A stretch of DNA of 64,000 bases, taken from positions 28,820 to 92,819 of the forward strand of contig JBCNUU010000003.1 in NCBI GenBank assembly GCA_039630545.1. Direction: 5' to 3'. The position numbers and the translations under genes were made by a program. This stretch comes from Endomicrobiia bacterium. Lineage in GTDB: Bacteria > Elusimicrobiota > Endomicrobiia > DTEH01. Position 1 is the stretch's first letter. Every line of letters starts with the position of its first letter. Positions 19,125 to 28,682 of the stretch are shown piece after piece. The notes below the pieces were generated by a model. The model had not been told where the DNA came from. It ran no database searches and saw nothing but the letters and a program-made list of their open reading frames with translations.

Positions 19125-19706
19125 ATGATAAAAAAAATAATTTTAATAGTATTGTGTTTTGCTATCGTTTTTAAAAGTTTTCGTTTAGATCTTTATGCTT
19201 CGGATATAAAAAATAAGGCAACAATTGATGCTATAAGAGATGCGGAGTCAGATGTTAAAAAACCTTTGTGGTTGCTAGTAGGAGCTATCGGAGGACCTGT
19301 GGGTGTGGCTTTTTCTTATTTTCACAAAGATTATCCTTCAGCAACTAGACTTATAGGTAAACCACCAGAGTATGTTTTAACTTATCTTGAAGTCTATAGG
19401 AAAACTACAAAAAAATTAAAGCTAAAAGCAGCTGTGGCAGGAAGTATTATTGCTTTGATAACTTATTTTTATTTGAATAATATCAGTGCCTTAAACACTG
19501 GTTGTTTTAATACTTCTCCAGAATGTTCATCTACATGTGCAGGATGTTCTTCTTCATCTATAGATACTGGATGCAGTTCAGTTGAAGGATGGTCTAATAC
19601 AGGATGTTCTTCAGGTAGTAGTGGGTGTTCTTCTGGGACCTCGGGAGGTTCAGGAGGTTGTGCAAGTAGCGGTGGCAGTAGTGGATGTGCTTACATTGGA
19701 TTTTAA
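19125..19706 (+). CDS. Membrane protein with a C-terminal Cys/Ser/Gly-rich tail
   Basis: 193 aa. AGGAGG lies upstream of the ATG. Signal/anchor MIKKIILIVLCFAIVF, two further hydrophobic segments, then 9 Cys in the last 67 residues in G-C-S-S-like repeats. No family recognised. Confidence 0.5.
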   Translation: MIKKIILIVLCFAIVFKSFRLDLYASDIKNKATIDAIRDAESDVKKPLWLLVGAIGGPVGVAFSYFHKDYPSATRLIGKPPEYVLTYLEVYRKTTKKLKLKAAVAGSIIALITYFYLNNISALNTGCFNTSPECSSTCAGCSSSSIDTGCSSVEGWSNTGCSSGSSGCSSGTSGGSGGCASSGGSSGCAYIGF

Positions 19707-19719
19707 GTTTTTGTAAATT

Positions 19720-20406
19720 ATGAAAGTTGTCTTTATTAATTTTTTTCTACTTTTTTTGATAAGTTCTTTATATTCTGAAAAATTTAGTATTTTTGCCAAC
19801 TTTGAAAGAGTTGTGGTGAGAGCTAATAATAAAGAGAGTATTTTAGGTAGTTTATGGTATTGGGGTTCTGATGAGTATTTTGTGGATATTTTTTTTCCGT
19901 TGAAACAAAAAATTAAATATAACAGCAAGAATTTTTACTTGTACTATCCAGATAACAACATAGCCTTTAAATTTTCTTTAAACTCAATAAAAGATTTAAT
20001 TTATTTTAATCCATTTTCTGCGCAGGAGATTGAAAAACTAGTAGAAAAATTAGGTTATAAGAAAAATGAAAAAAAATCTCAAAATAATTACTCTGAATAT
20101 AAGAAAAAAAGTAGTTCATATATATTAGTAATTTTAAAAGATGAAAAAGGAAGAATAACTTCTCTAAAAATTAAAGACAAAAAAAATTTTGTTTTTGCAC
20201 ATGTGGTTTATGAGGAATATTATGAAGTAGATAATAGAAGCTTTCCTACAAGGCTGTCAGGAGTATTCTATGACGATATAAGAAAAGACTACTATTCAGA
20301 AAAAATAGAATACAAAGATATAAAAATAAATGAAAAAGTTCCAGATGAAATTGCAAATTTTTCTTTACCTCAGAATGTTTTAATAAAAGAGTTTGATTTT
20401 AAATAG
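19720..20406 (+). CDS. Exported protein, possibly LolA-like fold (tentative)
   Basis: 228 aa with a signal peptide. G.LWY......F.....P..Q.I......FYLYYPDNN pattern is reminiscent of LolA/outer-membrane lipoprotein-sorting proteins. Weak call. Confidence 0.35.
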   Translation: MKVVFINFFLLFLISSLYSEKFSIFANFERVVVRANNKESILGSLWYWGSDEYFVDIFFPLKQKIKYNSKNFYLYYPDNNIAFKFSLNSIKDLIYFNPFSAQEIEKLVEKLGYKKNEKKSQNNYSEYKKKSSSYILVILKDEKGRITSLKIKDKKNFVFAHVVYEEYYEVDNRSFPTRLSGVFYDDIRKDYYSEKIEYKDIKINEKVPDEIANFSLPQNVLIKEFDFK

Positions 20407-20407
20407 A

Positions 20408-21586
20408 ATGAAAATAATAACTTTTTTATTTTTAGTATCTTTAGCTATTGCAGAAGAAGACTTTTTAAGTAAAGATATTTTTCAAAGTTTTACAATTACT
20501 GCAATAAAGTTTTATCAAAAAAATATCTCGCCTCTTAAAGTTTCTAGTTGTAGATATACTCCGAGTTGTTCTAATTATTCACTACAAGCTATAAGAAACT
20601 ATGGGACAACTATTGGGATATTGATGACAGCAGATAGGCTTCTTAGGTGCAATAGATGGGGTGAGTGGGGCTATGATCCTCCACAGAAACATTATATATT
20701 TGCATCATACAGAGAGGACAAAATATATGAGGGGCTGTTTTATGAAGATGTAAAAAGTGAATCTAGTGTTTTTTCTTTCGCAGATAAACTTTTTGAAGAA
20801 AAACTTTATGAGGAAGCATTAATTGAATATAAAAGAGTTCTTTTTGAAAATAAAAACTTATCTTATGATGAGAAATTATTTGGTGAATGGATGGTTGCAA
20901 TTTGTTACTATAAACTTAAAAAGTATCAAAAAGCTTTAGATATATTTGAAAGTTTATATTCTAAAATAGAAAATGGACACAACTTAAAACCTAAACTTCT
21001 TTTTATTAGAGCTAAAATCTACTATCAACTAAATTCTTTTAGCTTAGCCAGAGAATCATTAGATGAAATAGTTAAAATTAGTAAAGACAAAATGGGTGTA
21101 ATAAAAGCATATATTTTGATAGCTATCTGTTGGCTTGAAGAAGAAAATTTTATTAAAGCTTTTGAAGTGTTTTCAAATATAGTGGATAAATTCCCAGATA
21201 TAAAAGAAATACAAAAAATAAGACTTATCAAAGAAGAAATTGCAGAGTTTGAGAAAAAATTTAATAAGAAATCTAAAGTAGCTGCTGGTATTTTGTCGAT
21301 TATACCTGGTTTAGGCAAGATTTATGCTGGAAAACCTAAAGACGGTATTTTTACTTTTGGTTTTATTTCAGCTCTTGGATATCTTTCTTATGAAGGTATA
21401 AAAAATGAATTTTATCTTTTTGGTGGGCTTCTTAGTATTTTGACTTTTAATTTTTATTTAGGTAATATATACGGCGGGATAGATGCTGCTGTTGATTATA
21501 ATAGAAAAAATGTTTTAGCGTTTAAAGAATATATAAAAAACGAGTTAAAAATTTTTTTTGAAGATATCTTTTTAGAAAAATTATGA
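20408..21586 (+). CDS. YidD (membrane protein insertion efficiency factor) domain fused to TPR-like repeats and C-terminal transmembrane helices
   Basis: The track start (20393) is a TTG; the ATG at 20408 gives MKIITFLFLVSLAIA. AIKFYQKNISPLKVSSCRYTPSCSNYSLQAIRNYG...DRLLRCN is the YidD/PF01809 core. The middle region is helical-repeat-like (YEEALIEYKRVL, YQKALDIFESL). C-terminal IIPGLGKIYAGKP... hydrophobic helices. Confidence 0.65.
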   Translation: MKIITFLFLVSLAIAEEDFLSKDIFQSFTITAIKFYQKNISPLKVSSCRYTPSCSNYSLQAIRNYGTTIGILMTADRLLRCNRWGEWGYDPPQKHYIFASYREDKIYEGLFYEDVKSESSVFSFADKLFEEKLYEEALIEYKRVLFENKNLSYDEKLFGEWMVAICYYKLKKYQKALDIFESLYSKIENGHNLKPKLLFIRAKIYYQLNSFSLARESLDEIVKISKDKMGVIKAYILIAICWLEEENFIKAFEVFSNIVDKFPDIKEIQKIRLIKEEIAEFEKKFNKKSKVAAGILSIIPGLGKIYAGKPKDGIFTFGFISALGYLSYEGIKNEFYLFGGLLSILTFNFYLGNIYGGIDAAVDYNRKNVLAFKEYIKNELKIFFEDIFLEKL

Positions 21587-22593
21587 CAAAAATAATCTGT
21601 ACGATAGGACCAGCTTCTGAAGACAAAAAAGTTTTGAAAGAAATGATAAAAGCAGGAATGAGTATGGCAAGAATTAACTTTTCTCACGGGAGTTATGAAG
21701 AAATTAAAAGAAGAGTCAACAACATCAAAAAAGTTTCAAAAGTTCTAAAAAAGAAAATCCCTATTTTTGCTGACTTACAAGGTCCTAAAATTAGAATTGG
21801 TAAAATAAAAAATGATAAGTTATTATTAAATATTGGAGATGAGTTTGTTATTACTACAAAAGAAATCCAAAAAGATTATAAAGTTAGTGTTGATTACAAG
21901 CTGTTGCCAAAATTTGTTAAACCCAAAGATAAAATTTTTATTGATGATGGAAAAATAGAATTAGAAGTTATTAGAGTAAAAAATGAGGAGATAATATGCA
22001 AAGTTGTTGTTGGTGGTGTTGTTTCTTCAAGAAAAGGAATAACTGTGAGGAATAAATTTTTACCATTAGATGCAGTTACACAAGAAGATAAAAAAGATAT
22101 AGAATTTGCTTTGTCTTTAGGTATAACATGGTTTGCTCAGTCGTTTGTAAGAGAAGCTAAAAATGTTGAAGAGTTAAAAGAGTATCTTAAAAGCTTAGAT
22201 AAAACAAAAAAGTTTTTTATCATAGCAAAAATTGAAGATATGTATGGTTACAAAAACATAGATGAAATAATAAAAGTTGCTGATGGTGTGATGGTTGCAA
22301 GAGGAGATTTGGGTGTGTCTGTTGAACGTGCATTGGTCCCTATACTGCAGAAAGAAATTATAGAAAAAACCAACAAAGCAAAAAAGTTAGATATAGTTGC
22401 TACTCAGATGTTAGAAACAATGGTTGAAAATCCCTATCCTACAAGAGCAGAAGTAAACGATGTTGCAGTTGCTGTTATGCAGAAAGCTGACTATGTGATG
22501 CTTTCAGCAGAAACAGCCGTTGGTAGGTATCCTGTTTTAGCTGTTAAAGAAATGAAAAGAATAATAGATGTTGTTGAAAATTATAAAAAATAA
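21583..22593 (+). CDS. pyk: Pyruvate kinase, short form lacking the C-terminal regulatory domain
   Basis: 336 aa. KIICTIGPAS, ARINFSHG, MVARGDLGV, VATQMLETM..NP.PTRAEV.DVA.AV. ATGA overlap with the upstream gene. Confidence 0.85.
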   Translation: MTKIICTIGPASEDKKVLKEMIKAGMSMARINFSHGSYEEIKRRVNNIKKVSKVLKKKIPIFADLQGPKIRIGKIKNDKLLLNIGDEFVITTKEIQKDYKVSVDYKLLPKFVKPKDKIFIDDGKIELEVIRVKNEEIICKVVVGGVVSSRKGITVRNKFLPLDAVTQEDKKDIEFALSLGITWFAQSFVREAKNVEELKEYLKSLDKTKKFFIIAKIEDMYGYKNIDEIIKVADGVMVARGDLGVSVERALVPILQKEIIEKTNKAKKLDIVATQMLETMVENPYPTRAEVNDVAVAVMQKADYVMLSAETAVGRYPVLAVKEMKRIIDVVENYKK

Positions 22594-22699
22594 AACTCCT
22601 TCTAAGTTCCTTGTCTAAACTTAAACTTTCCTTTTCTTAACAGAAAATTAATTTTTCGTTTATATTTAATTAATACTCCTATTGTATATTTTTTAAAAT

Positions 22700-23221
22700 A
22701 TGAAAAATGATCTAAAAAATAACAAATTCGATAAAAAATTTTTTGGTTTAGTTTATGCTATTGCGTCTAAATATAAAAACAATTTCATAGATTTCGATGA
22801 TATTCTTCAAGAAGGTTTTTTGGGTCTTTACAAAGCTTGGAAGAAATTTGATAGCTCAAAAGGAATTCTTTTTTCTACCTATGCTGCTTATTGGATAAAA
22901 AAACAAATACTACAATATATAAATATGAATAAAAAACAAAATTTAATTTGTTTTGATGAAGTTGAACCTCATAAACTATCATATCAAGAAAGTTATTTTA
23001 TAGAAAATGAAGATAGTACTGTTAATTTTGAGCAAGAGGATTTTTCTGACTTAGAGAAAAAAATATTAGATTTAACTTTTAATAAGAAAATAACATTAAA
23101 GTTGATTGCTGAAAAAACTAATTTAACAACAGAAAGAGTAAGACAGATTCTCTCCAGAGCATTAAGGAAAATAAAAATTAACAAAAAATTAACAGAAAAT
23201 TTATTAAAAGTTAATCTTTAA
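22700..23221 (+). CDS. Small sigma-70 family RNA polymerase sigma factor (regions 2 and 4 only)
   Basis: 173 aa. DDILQEGFLGLYKAWKKFD...STYAAYWIKKQI (region 2) and LIAEKTNLTTERVRQILSRALRKIK (region 4.2 HTH). Confidence 0.7.
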   Translation: MKNDLKNNKFDKKFFGLVYAIASKYKNNFIDFDDILQEGFLGLYKAWKKFDSSKGILFSTYAAYWIKKQILQYINMNKKQNLICFDEVEPHKLSYQESYFIENEDSTVNFEQEDFSDLEKKILDLTFNKKITLKLIAEKTNLTTERVRQILSRALRKIKINKKLTENLLKVNL

Positions 23222-23323
23222 ATTGTAAAAATCAAAAATGCGGGTGAGCAAAGACATACTTGGTTTTTTTTGATAATTTTTTTATTGCGAAAACTTCAAA
23301 AATTTTTAAAAAGGAGGTACAAA

Positions 23324-24589
23324 ATGAAAAAAAATATCAAAAAAATCCTAATTCTCATATTTTTGTATCTATTTAGTCTGTTTAATAATATAGTTGCACA
23401 GAACATTGCAGATCCACTTATAAATAAACTTATAGAAAAAGGAGTAATAGAATCATATGAAGCCCAGGAGGTAAGAAATGAGATAAGTAAAGTAGAGAAA
23501 AAAAAGATTGATGAAGAAAAAGCAAAAGAAGAGGAGCAGAAAAAACAAGATAAGTATAAACTTAAAACAAGTGGTTATTTACAGTTAGTTTATACTTTAG
23601 ATGAGTCAACTTCAGCTACAGCACATCCTGGTAAATACAGAGATCCACTCTATATAAGAAGAGCAAGAATTTCATTTAGACAGCAGATTAATGACTGGGT
23701 TGGTTTTAATATAACACCTGAATTTGCAAGAAGTGGAGATCCTTTAGAGACAGAAGACATCTCAGTTGTTAGAACAACTTCTCCTCATACAACGGCCACT
23801 GTAACAAGGGTAAGGAGGGTTCCTGTTATAGAGTTTAAAGGAGCTTATGTGGATTTGACCTTTAATGATTTTTTGAATTTTAGAATAGGCCAGTTTAATC
23901 AGCCTTTTGGTTTTGAAAATGTGTTTTCCTCTAGCAAGAAAATATTTCCAATAGATACTTTACAGTTTATGAGAAATGTATTGCCTTCTGATTATGATTT
24001 TGGTATACAATACTCTTTAAATTATAAAAAAATGCTTTCTTTGCAAGTAGCAGCCTTGAATGGAACTACCCATCAGAGAGAGACAAATAACAGAAAAGAT
24101 ATTTCTACCAAAATATCATTTGAACCAAGAATGTTTTTTGAATTCTTAAAAGGTTTTGAGTTATCCTTTTCATATTATGATAGATATTATGGAGAGATTG
24201 TTACTACTACTGTAACTCCTAAAAATGGTCAACATTACAATGTTTATCTGAAACTTGAAAGAGAAGTTCTTTTTCCAGTATTTTTAACTGCTGAGTATGT
24301 CTGGGGGAAGAATTACACTCTTACTAATGATGTAAAAAGTTTAATTTGTACATTGGAAATAAAACCCTTAGAAAAAACCTTTCTTAAAGGATTAGCTCCA
24401 GCTTTTAGATATGAAAGTTGGGATCCTAACATCAACAAATCAGATGATGAGGTTGAAATATATACAGCTGGTATAAATTACTATCCTAATAAGAATGTTA
24501 GATTTCTTGTAGACTACAGAATTTCTAATGAAAAACCAAAAGACTTAACAAACAACAAATTAAACATAATGGCTCAAGTTTCTTTTTGA
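23324..24589 (+). CDS. Phosphate-selective porin O/P family outer-membrane protein
   Basis: AAGGAGG lies 5 nt before the ATG at 23324 (the track start at 23270 is further upstream). Signal peptide, then GYLQLVY...IRRARISFRQQ...GAYVDL......FRIGQFNQPFGFEN resembling Porin_O_P. Ends in Phe. Immediately upstream of pstS. Confidence 0.7.
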   Translation: MKKNIKKILILIFLYLFSLFNNIVAQNIADPLINKLIEKGVIESYEAQEVRNEISKVEKKKIDEEKAKEEEQKKQDKYKLKTSGYLQLVYTLDESTSATAHPGKYRDPLYIRRARISFRQQINDWVGFNITPEFARSGDPLETEDISVVRTTSPHTTATVTRVRRVPVIEFKGAYVDLTFNDFLNFRIGQFNQPFGFENVFSSSKKIFPIDTLQFMRNVLPSDYDFGIQYSLNYKKMLSLQVAALNGTTHQRETNNRKDISTKISFEPRMFFEFLKGFELSFSYYDRYYGEIVTTTVTPKNGQHYNVYLKLEREVLFPVFLTAEYVWGKNYTLTNDVKSLICTLEIKPLEKTFLKGLAPAFRYESWDPNINKSDDEVEIYTAGINYYPNKNVRFLVDYRISNEKPKDLTNNKLNIMAQVSF

Positions 24590-24614
24590 AACTTAATAAA
24601 AGGAGGTATTAACT

Positions 24615-25643
24615 ATGAAAAAATTATTAACAAAATTTCTTGTATCTATATTATCTCTTAATCTCTCACTACCTGCTTTTTCACAAAAAATAATTTTAAT
24701 AAATGGCGCTGGTGCAACTTTCCCATATCCACTTTACTCAAAATGGTTTTATGAATATGCAAAGATAGATAAAACAGTAAACTTTAATTATCAATCAATA
24801 GGTTCAGGTGGTGGTATAAGACAGATTATAGCAAAAACAGTTGATTTTGGTGCTACAGATGCTGTAATGACAAAAGAACAAGAAAAACAGGCAGGAGAGG
24901 AAATACTTCATATACCTATGACTGCAGGAGCTGTTGTTTTAATATATAATGTACCAGAACTAAAACAGCAGCTAAATCTTTCTGCTGAACTTATATCAGG
25001 AATTTTTCTTGGCAAAATCACAAGATGGAATGACAAAAAAATACAGCAAGAAAACCCAGGAGTAAACTTACCAAATAAAAAAATTATAGTAGCAAGAAGG
25101 TCAGATGGTTCAGGAACCACTTTTATATTTACAGATTATCTTTGTGAAGTTTCAAACGAGTGGAAGTCAAAAGTCGGCAAAGGAACTTCTGTGAACTGGC
25201 CTGTTGGTCTTGGTGGTAAGGGTAACGAGGGTGTTGCGGGTATAGTTAAAAACACACCTTATTCAATTGGATATGTAGAGATATCTTATGCAATCCAGAA
25301 TAACTTAAGCTATGCAAAAGTAAAAAATAAAGCAGGCAAATATATAAGTCCATCTGTTGAAGCAATAACAGCTGCTATAGAAGAGAAGGCAAAAAATATG
25401 CCTGCTGACTATAAAGTTTCAATAGTAAATCCAGATGGAGAAAAGGCATATCCTATATGTGGTTTTACCTGGTTATTAGTATATAAGAAACAACAAGACA
25501 AACAAAAAGGAGAAAAATTAGTAAACTTCTTAAAATGGGCTGTCACCGATGGTCAAAAATACTGTGCAGATTTAATATATGCTCCACTTCCTGATAATCT
25601 TGTAAAAATGGTGCTTGAAACTATAAAAAAAATAGAGTATTAA
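24615..25643 (+). CDS. pstS: Phosphate ABC transporter substrate-binding protein PstS
   Basis: 342 aa. GGAGG RBS, signal peptide, GAGATFPYPLYSKW, SGGGI, RSDGSGTT motifs. Confidence 0.9.
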   Translation: MKKLLTKFLVSILSLNLSLPAFSQKIILINGAGATFPYPLYSKWFYEYAKIDKTVNFNYQSIGSGGGIRQIIAKTVDFGATDAVMTKEQEKQAGEEILHIPMTAGAVVLIYNVPELKQQLNLSAELISGIFLGKITRWNDKKIQQENPGVNLPNKKIIVARRSDGSGTTFIFTDYLCEVSNEWKSKVGKGTSVNWPVGLGGKGNEGVAGIVKNTPYSIGYVEISYAIQNNLSYAKVKNKAGKYISPSVEAITAAIEEKAKNMPADYKVSIVNPDGEKAYPICGFTWLLVYKKQQDKQKGEKLVNFLKWAVTDGQKYCADLIYAPLPDNLVKMVLETIKKIEY

Positions 25644-25678
25644 TAAAGTACTAAAATTTTTACTTGTTCTTTTTATTT

Positions 25679-25718
25679 GGGGGTAGCCAGTAAAAGATTG
25701 CTGGCTACCCAATTTTTT
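25679..25718 (+). terminator. Intrinsic terminator/attenuator hairpin between pstS and pstC
   Basis: Perfect 10-bp stem GGGTAGCCAG (25681-25690) / CTGGCTACCC (25701-25710), 10-nt loop, followed by AATTTTTT. Confidence 0.65.
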
Positions 25719-25721
25719 AAT

Positions 25722-26645
25722 ATGAAAAATAAGAATTTTGCAGATAAAACTTTTTTTAGCATTACAAGAATAGCATCTATTTTTTGTTTAGTTTTGATAA
25801 TTCTTTTATTTTTGATGTTAATAAAAGAGTCATTGTTGGCTTTTAATAAATTTGGTTTTAAGTTTTTTATCAGTAAAGTTTGGGATCCAGTCTTTGAAGA
25901 ATATGGAGCCTTGCCTTTTATTTATGGCACTGTAGTATCATCTATTTTAGCTATAATTATTTCTTTCCCATTGTCTTTAGGTATAGCTTTATTTCTTTCA
26001 GAATTTGCTGGAAGTAAACTAAAAGAATTTTTAAGCGTTATAATTTCGTTGTTAGCAGGGATCCCAAGTGTTATTTATGGATTATGGGGCATATTTGTTT
26101 TAGCACCAATTTTAAGAGGTTATGTAGAACCATTTTTACAAAAAATTTTTGGATTTTTACCGATTTTTTCAGGTGAACCGTACGGTCTTGATATGTTAGC
26201 AGCAGGGATAATTTTAAGTATAATGATAACACCAACAATTTCTTCTATTTCTAAAGATGTTTTTGAAGCAGTCCCAAGAAGTCTAAGAGAAGCAGCATTA
26301 AGTCTAGGCGCTACAAAGTGGGAAATGATAAAAATTTCGGTTTTAAAACCAGCTAAACAGGGCATAATTGGTGCTGTGATTTTAGGTTTAGGTAGAGCCG
26401 TCGGCGAGACTATGGCTGTAACAATGGTGATAGGAAATGTTCATGAGATATCTTTATCTCTTTTTCATCCTTCAGCAACTTTAGCATCTGTTATAGCAAA
26501 TGAGTTTGCTGAAGCGACGACTGACTTATATATGTCAAGTTTGTTCACAATAGGTTTAACTTTGTTTGTTGTTACTATAATGCTAAATATAATAGCAAAG
26601 TTTTTAGTGTATTCAACCACTAGAAAATATAAAAAATTGTTATGA
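25722..26645 (+). CDS. pstC: Phosphate ABC transporter permease PstC
   Basis: The start is moved to the ATG at 25722, because the track TTG start lies inside the terminator hairpin. Multi-TM, with EAA-like loop REAALSLGATKWE. Confidence 0.9.
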   Translation: MKNKNFADKTFFSITRIASIFCLVLIILLFLMLIKESLLAFNKFGFKFFISKVWDPVFEEYGALPFIYGTVVSSILAIIISFPLSLGIALFLSEFAGSKLKEFLSVIISLLAGIPSVIYGLWGIFVLAPILRGYVEPFLQKIFGFLPIFSGEPYGLDMLAAGIILSIMITPTISSISKDVFEAVPRSLREAALSLGATKWEMIKISVLKPAKQGIIGAVILGLGRAVGETMAVTMVIGNVHEISLSLFHPSATLASVIANEFAEATTDLYMSSLFTIGLTLFVVTIMLNIIAKFLVYSTTRKYKKLL

Positions 26646-27475
26646 AGAGAAAAATAGTAGATAAATTTATGCAATTTCTTATATATTCTTCTGGTGTAAT
26701 AATTTGTGGAATTTTACTTTTTATTTTTAGTTATATAGTGATTAAAGGTATAGCTTCTTTGAATATAGATTTTTTTATTAGGTTACCAAAACCTGTTGGG
26801 GAAAAGGGCGGAGGTATGGTAAATGCTATTGTAGGTAGTTTTATTCTTGTTGGTTTAGCAAGTTTATGGGCTGTTCCAATAAGTGTGCTTACAGGAATAT
26901 ATCTTGCTGAATTTTCTGATAATAAGAAAGAATCAAAATTTATTTATGTTTTAAGGTTTCTTTTAGATGTGCTTTCAGGCGTTCCTTCAATAGTTATCGG
27001 TATATTTGCTTATAGTTTAATAGTAGTTCCTATGAAGAAGTTTTCTGCTATAGCTGGTGCATTTTCGTTAGGTATTATTATGTTACCAGTTATCACAAGG
27101 ACTACTGAAGAAATGATGAAAATGGTTCCCAGAACCATAAGGGAGGCATCTTTAGGCTTAGGAATTAGTAATTGGAAAACAGTAGTTTTTGTTATACTAG
27201 CCACAGCAAAACCTGGAATAATTACAGGTATACTTTTAGCAGTGGCAAGGATTTTTGGTGAGACAGCACCTCTTCTTTTTACCGCTTTTGGTAACAGGTT
27301 CTGGCACAGAAGCTTGACGGACCCAATTGCTTCTTTGCCACTTCAGATTTTTGCTTATGCAATTTCACCTTATGAAGACTGGCATAGACAGGCATGGGCT
27401 GGTGCTTTGGTTTTAATTTTAATAGTTTATTTTATAATTTTAATCAGTAGAAAAATTCTACTTAAATATAAATAG
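26642..27475 (+). CDS. pstA: Phosphate ABC transporter permease PstA
   Basis: 277 aa. Multi-[16 protein letters not shown] loop, 4-nt overlap with pstC. Confidence 0.9.
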   Translation: MKRKIVDKFMQFLIYSSGVIICGILLFIFSYIVIKGIASLNIDFFIRLPKPVGEKGGGMVNAIVGSFILVGLASLWAVPISVLTGIYLAEFSDNKKESKFIYVLRFLLDVLSGVPSIVIGIFAYSLIVVPMKKFSAIAGAFSLGIIMLPVITRTTEEMMKMVPRTIREASLGLGISNWKTVVFVILATAKPGIITGILLAVARIFGETAPLLFTAFGNRFWHRSLTDPIASLPLQIFAYAISPYEDWHRQAWAGALVLILIVYFIILISRKILLKYK

Positions 27476-27501
27476 CTCTTTTGTCTTATCATGGAGGATA
27501 T

Positions 27502-28263
27502 ATGGAAGAAGTTAAAGTTGAAATTAAAAACTTGTATGCTTGGTATGGACCACAGGAAGTGTTAAAAAATATTTCTTTATCAATATACAAAAACAAAGTT
27601 ACTGCAATTATAGGGCCATCTGGTTGTGGTAAATCGACATTGATAAGGTGTATAAATCGTCTTCATGAGGTAGTTCCGAATGCAAAGGTTAAAGGAGAGA
27701 TAATTTTAGATGGCAAAAACATATATGATGCAGATGTCGATCCGATGGATGTAAGGAGAAAAGTTGGTATGGTTTTTCAACAGCCAAATCCTTTCCCAAC
27801 GATGACAATTTTTGACAATGTTGCAATAGGACTTAAGTTAAATGGTATAAGAAATAAATCTGTTATTGCAGAAACAGTAAAAACTGCTTTAGAAGAAGCT
27901 GGTCTTTATGCCGAGGTTGCACATAAGCTTTATAGCTATGGCACACATCTTTCTGGTGGGCAGCAGCAAAGGCTGTGCATTGCAAGAACACTGGCTTTGA
28001 AACCAGAGGTGATTTTGTTTGATGAACCATGTTCTGCGTTAGATCCTATATCTACAGCAAAAATAGAAGAACTAATAGTAGAGCTTAAAAAAAATCATAC
28101 AATAATAATAGTAACTCATAATCTTCAACAAGCAGCAAGAGTTTCTGACTATACAGCATTTCTTTACTTAGGAGAACTTATAGAATATGGACCTACTCAT
28201 TCAATTTTTACTGCACCAAAAATGAAGAAAACAGAAGAGTATATAATGGGAAGATTTGGATAA
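27502..28263 (+). CDS. pstB: Phosphate ABC transporter ATP-binding protein PstB
   Basis: GGAGGA precedes the ATG at 27502 (the track start at 27481 is a TTG). Walker [10 protein letters not shown], signature [13 protein letters not shown], Walker B ILFDEP. Confidence 0.93.
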   Translation: MEEVKVEIKNLYAWYGPQEVLKNISLSIYKNKVTAIIGPSGCGKSTLIRCINRLHEVVPNAKVKGEIILDGKNIYDADVDPMDVRRKVGMVFQQPNPFPTMTIFDNVAIGLKLNGIRNKSVIAETVKTALEEAGLYAEVAHKLYSYGTHLSGGQQQRLCIARTLALKPEVILFDEPCSALDPISTAKIEELIVELKKNHTIIIVTHNLQQAARVSDYTAFLYLGELIEYGPTHSIFTAPKMKKTEEYIMGRFG

Positions 28264-28268
28264 TTATT

Positions 28269-28682
28269 ATGAGAAAAAAAGTTTTATTTATATGTACACA
28301 TAATTCTAACAGATCTCAGATTGCAGAAGCATTGCTTAATCATTTATATCCAGAAAAATACGAGGCATATAGTGCTGGAACCCAACCATCAAAAGTAAAT
28401 GAATACGCAGTAACGGTCTTGAAAGAAATAGGTATTGATATAAGCAAAAGTAGATCAAAACATATAGACGAATTTAAAAATGAAGTTTTTGATTATGTAG
28501 TAACAGTTTGTGATTCAGCAAAAGAAACCTGTCCTTTTTTTCCAAATGCAAAGGAGTTCATACATAAAAGTTTTTGCGATCCGACAGAATATGTTGGTCC
28601 AAACGATGAAAAGTTAGAAAAATTTAGAACCTTAAGGGAAGAAATTAAAAAATTTATAATTGAAAAATTTGGGAGGGAATAA
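28269..28682 (+). CDS. arsC: Thioredoxin-coupled arsenate reductase / low-molecular-weight phosphotyrosine phosphatase family
   Basis: 137 aa. P-loop CTHNSNRS (CX5R) plus the downstream Cys pair VCDSAKETCP, characteristic of the LMW-PTP-type ArsC. Confidence 0.75.
   Translation: MRKKVLFICTHNSNRSQIAEALLNHLYPEKYEAYSAGTQPSKVNEYAVTVLKEIGIDISKSRSKHIDEFKNEVFDYVVTVCDSAKETCPFFPNAKEFIHKSFCDPTEYVGPNDEKLEKFRTLREEIKKFIIEKFGRE

Noticed and set aside
19650-19928. 92-aa minus-strand ORF spanning the junction of the Cys-rich protein gene and the LolA-like gene
   Set aside because: It overlaps two better-supported plus-strand genes that have RBS or signal peptides, and its translation has no features.
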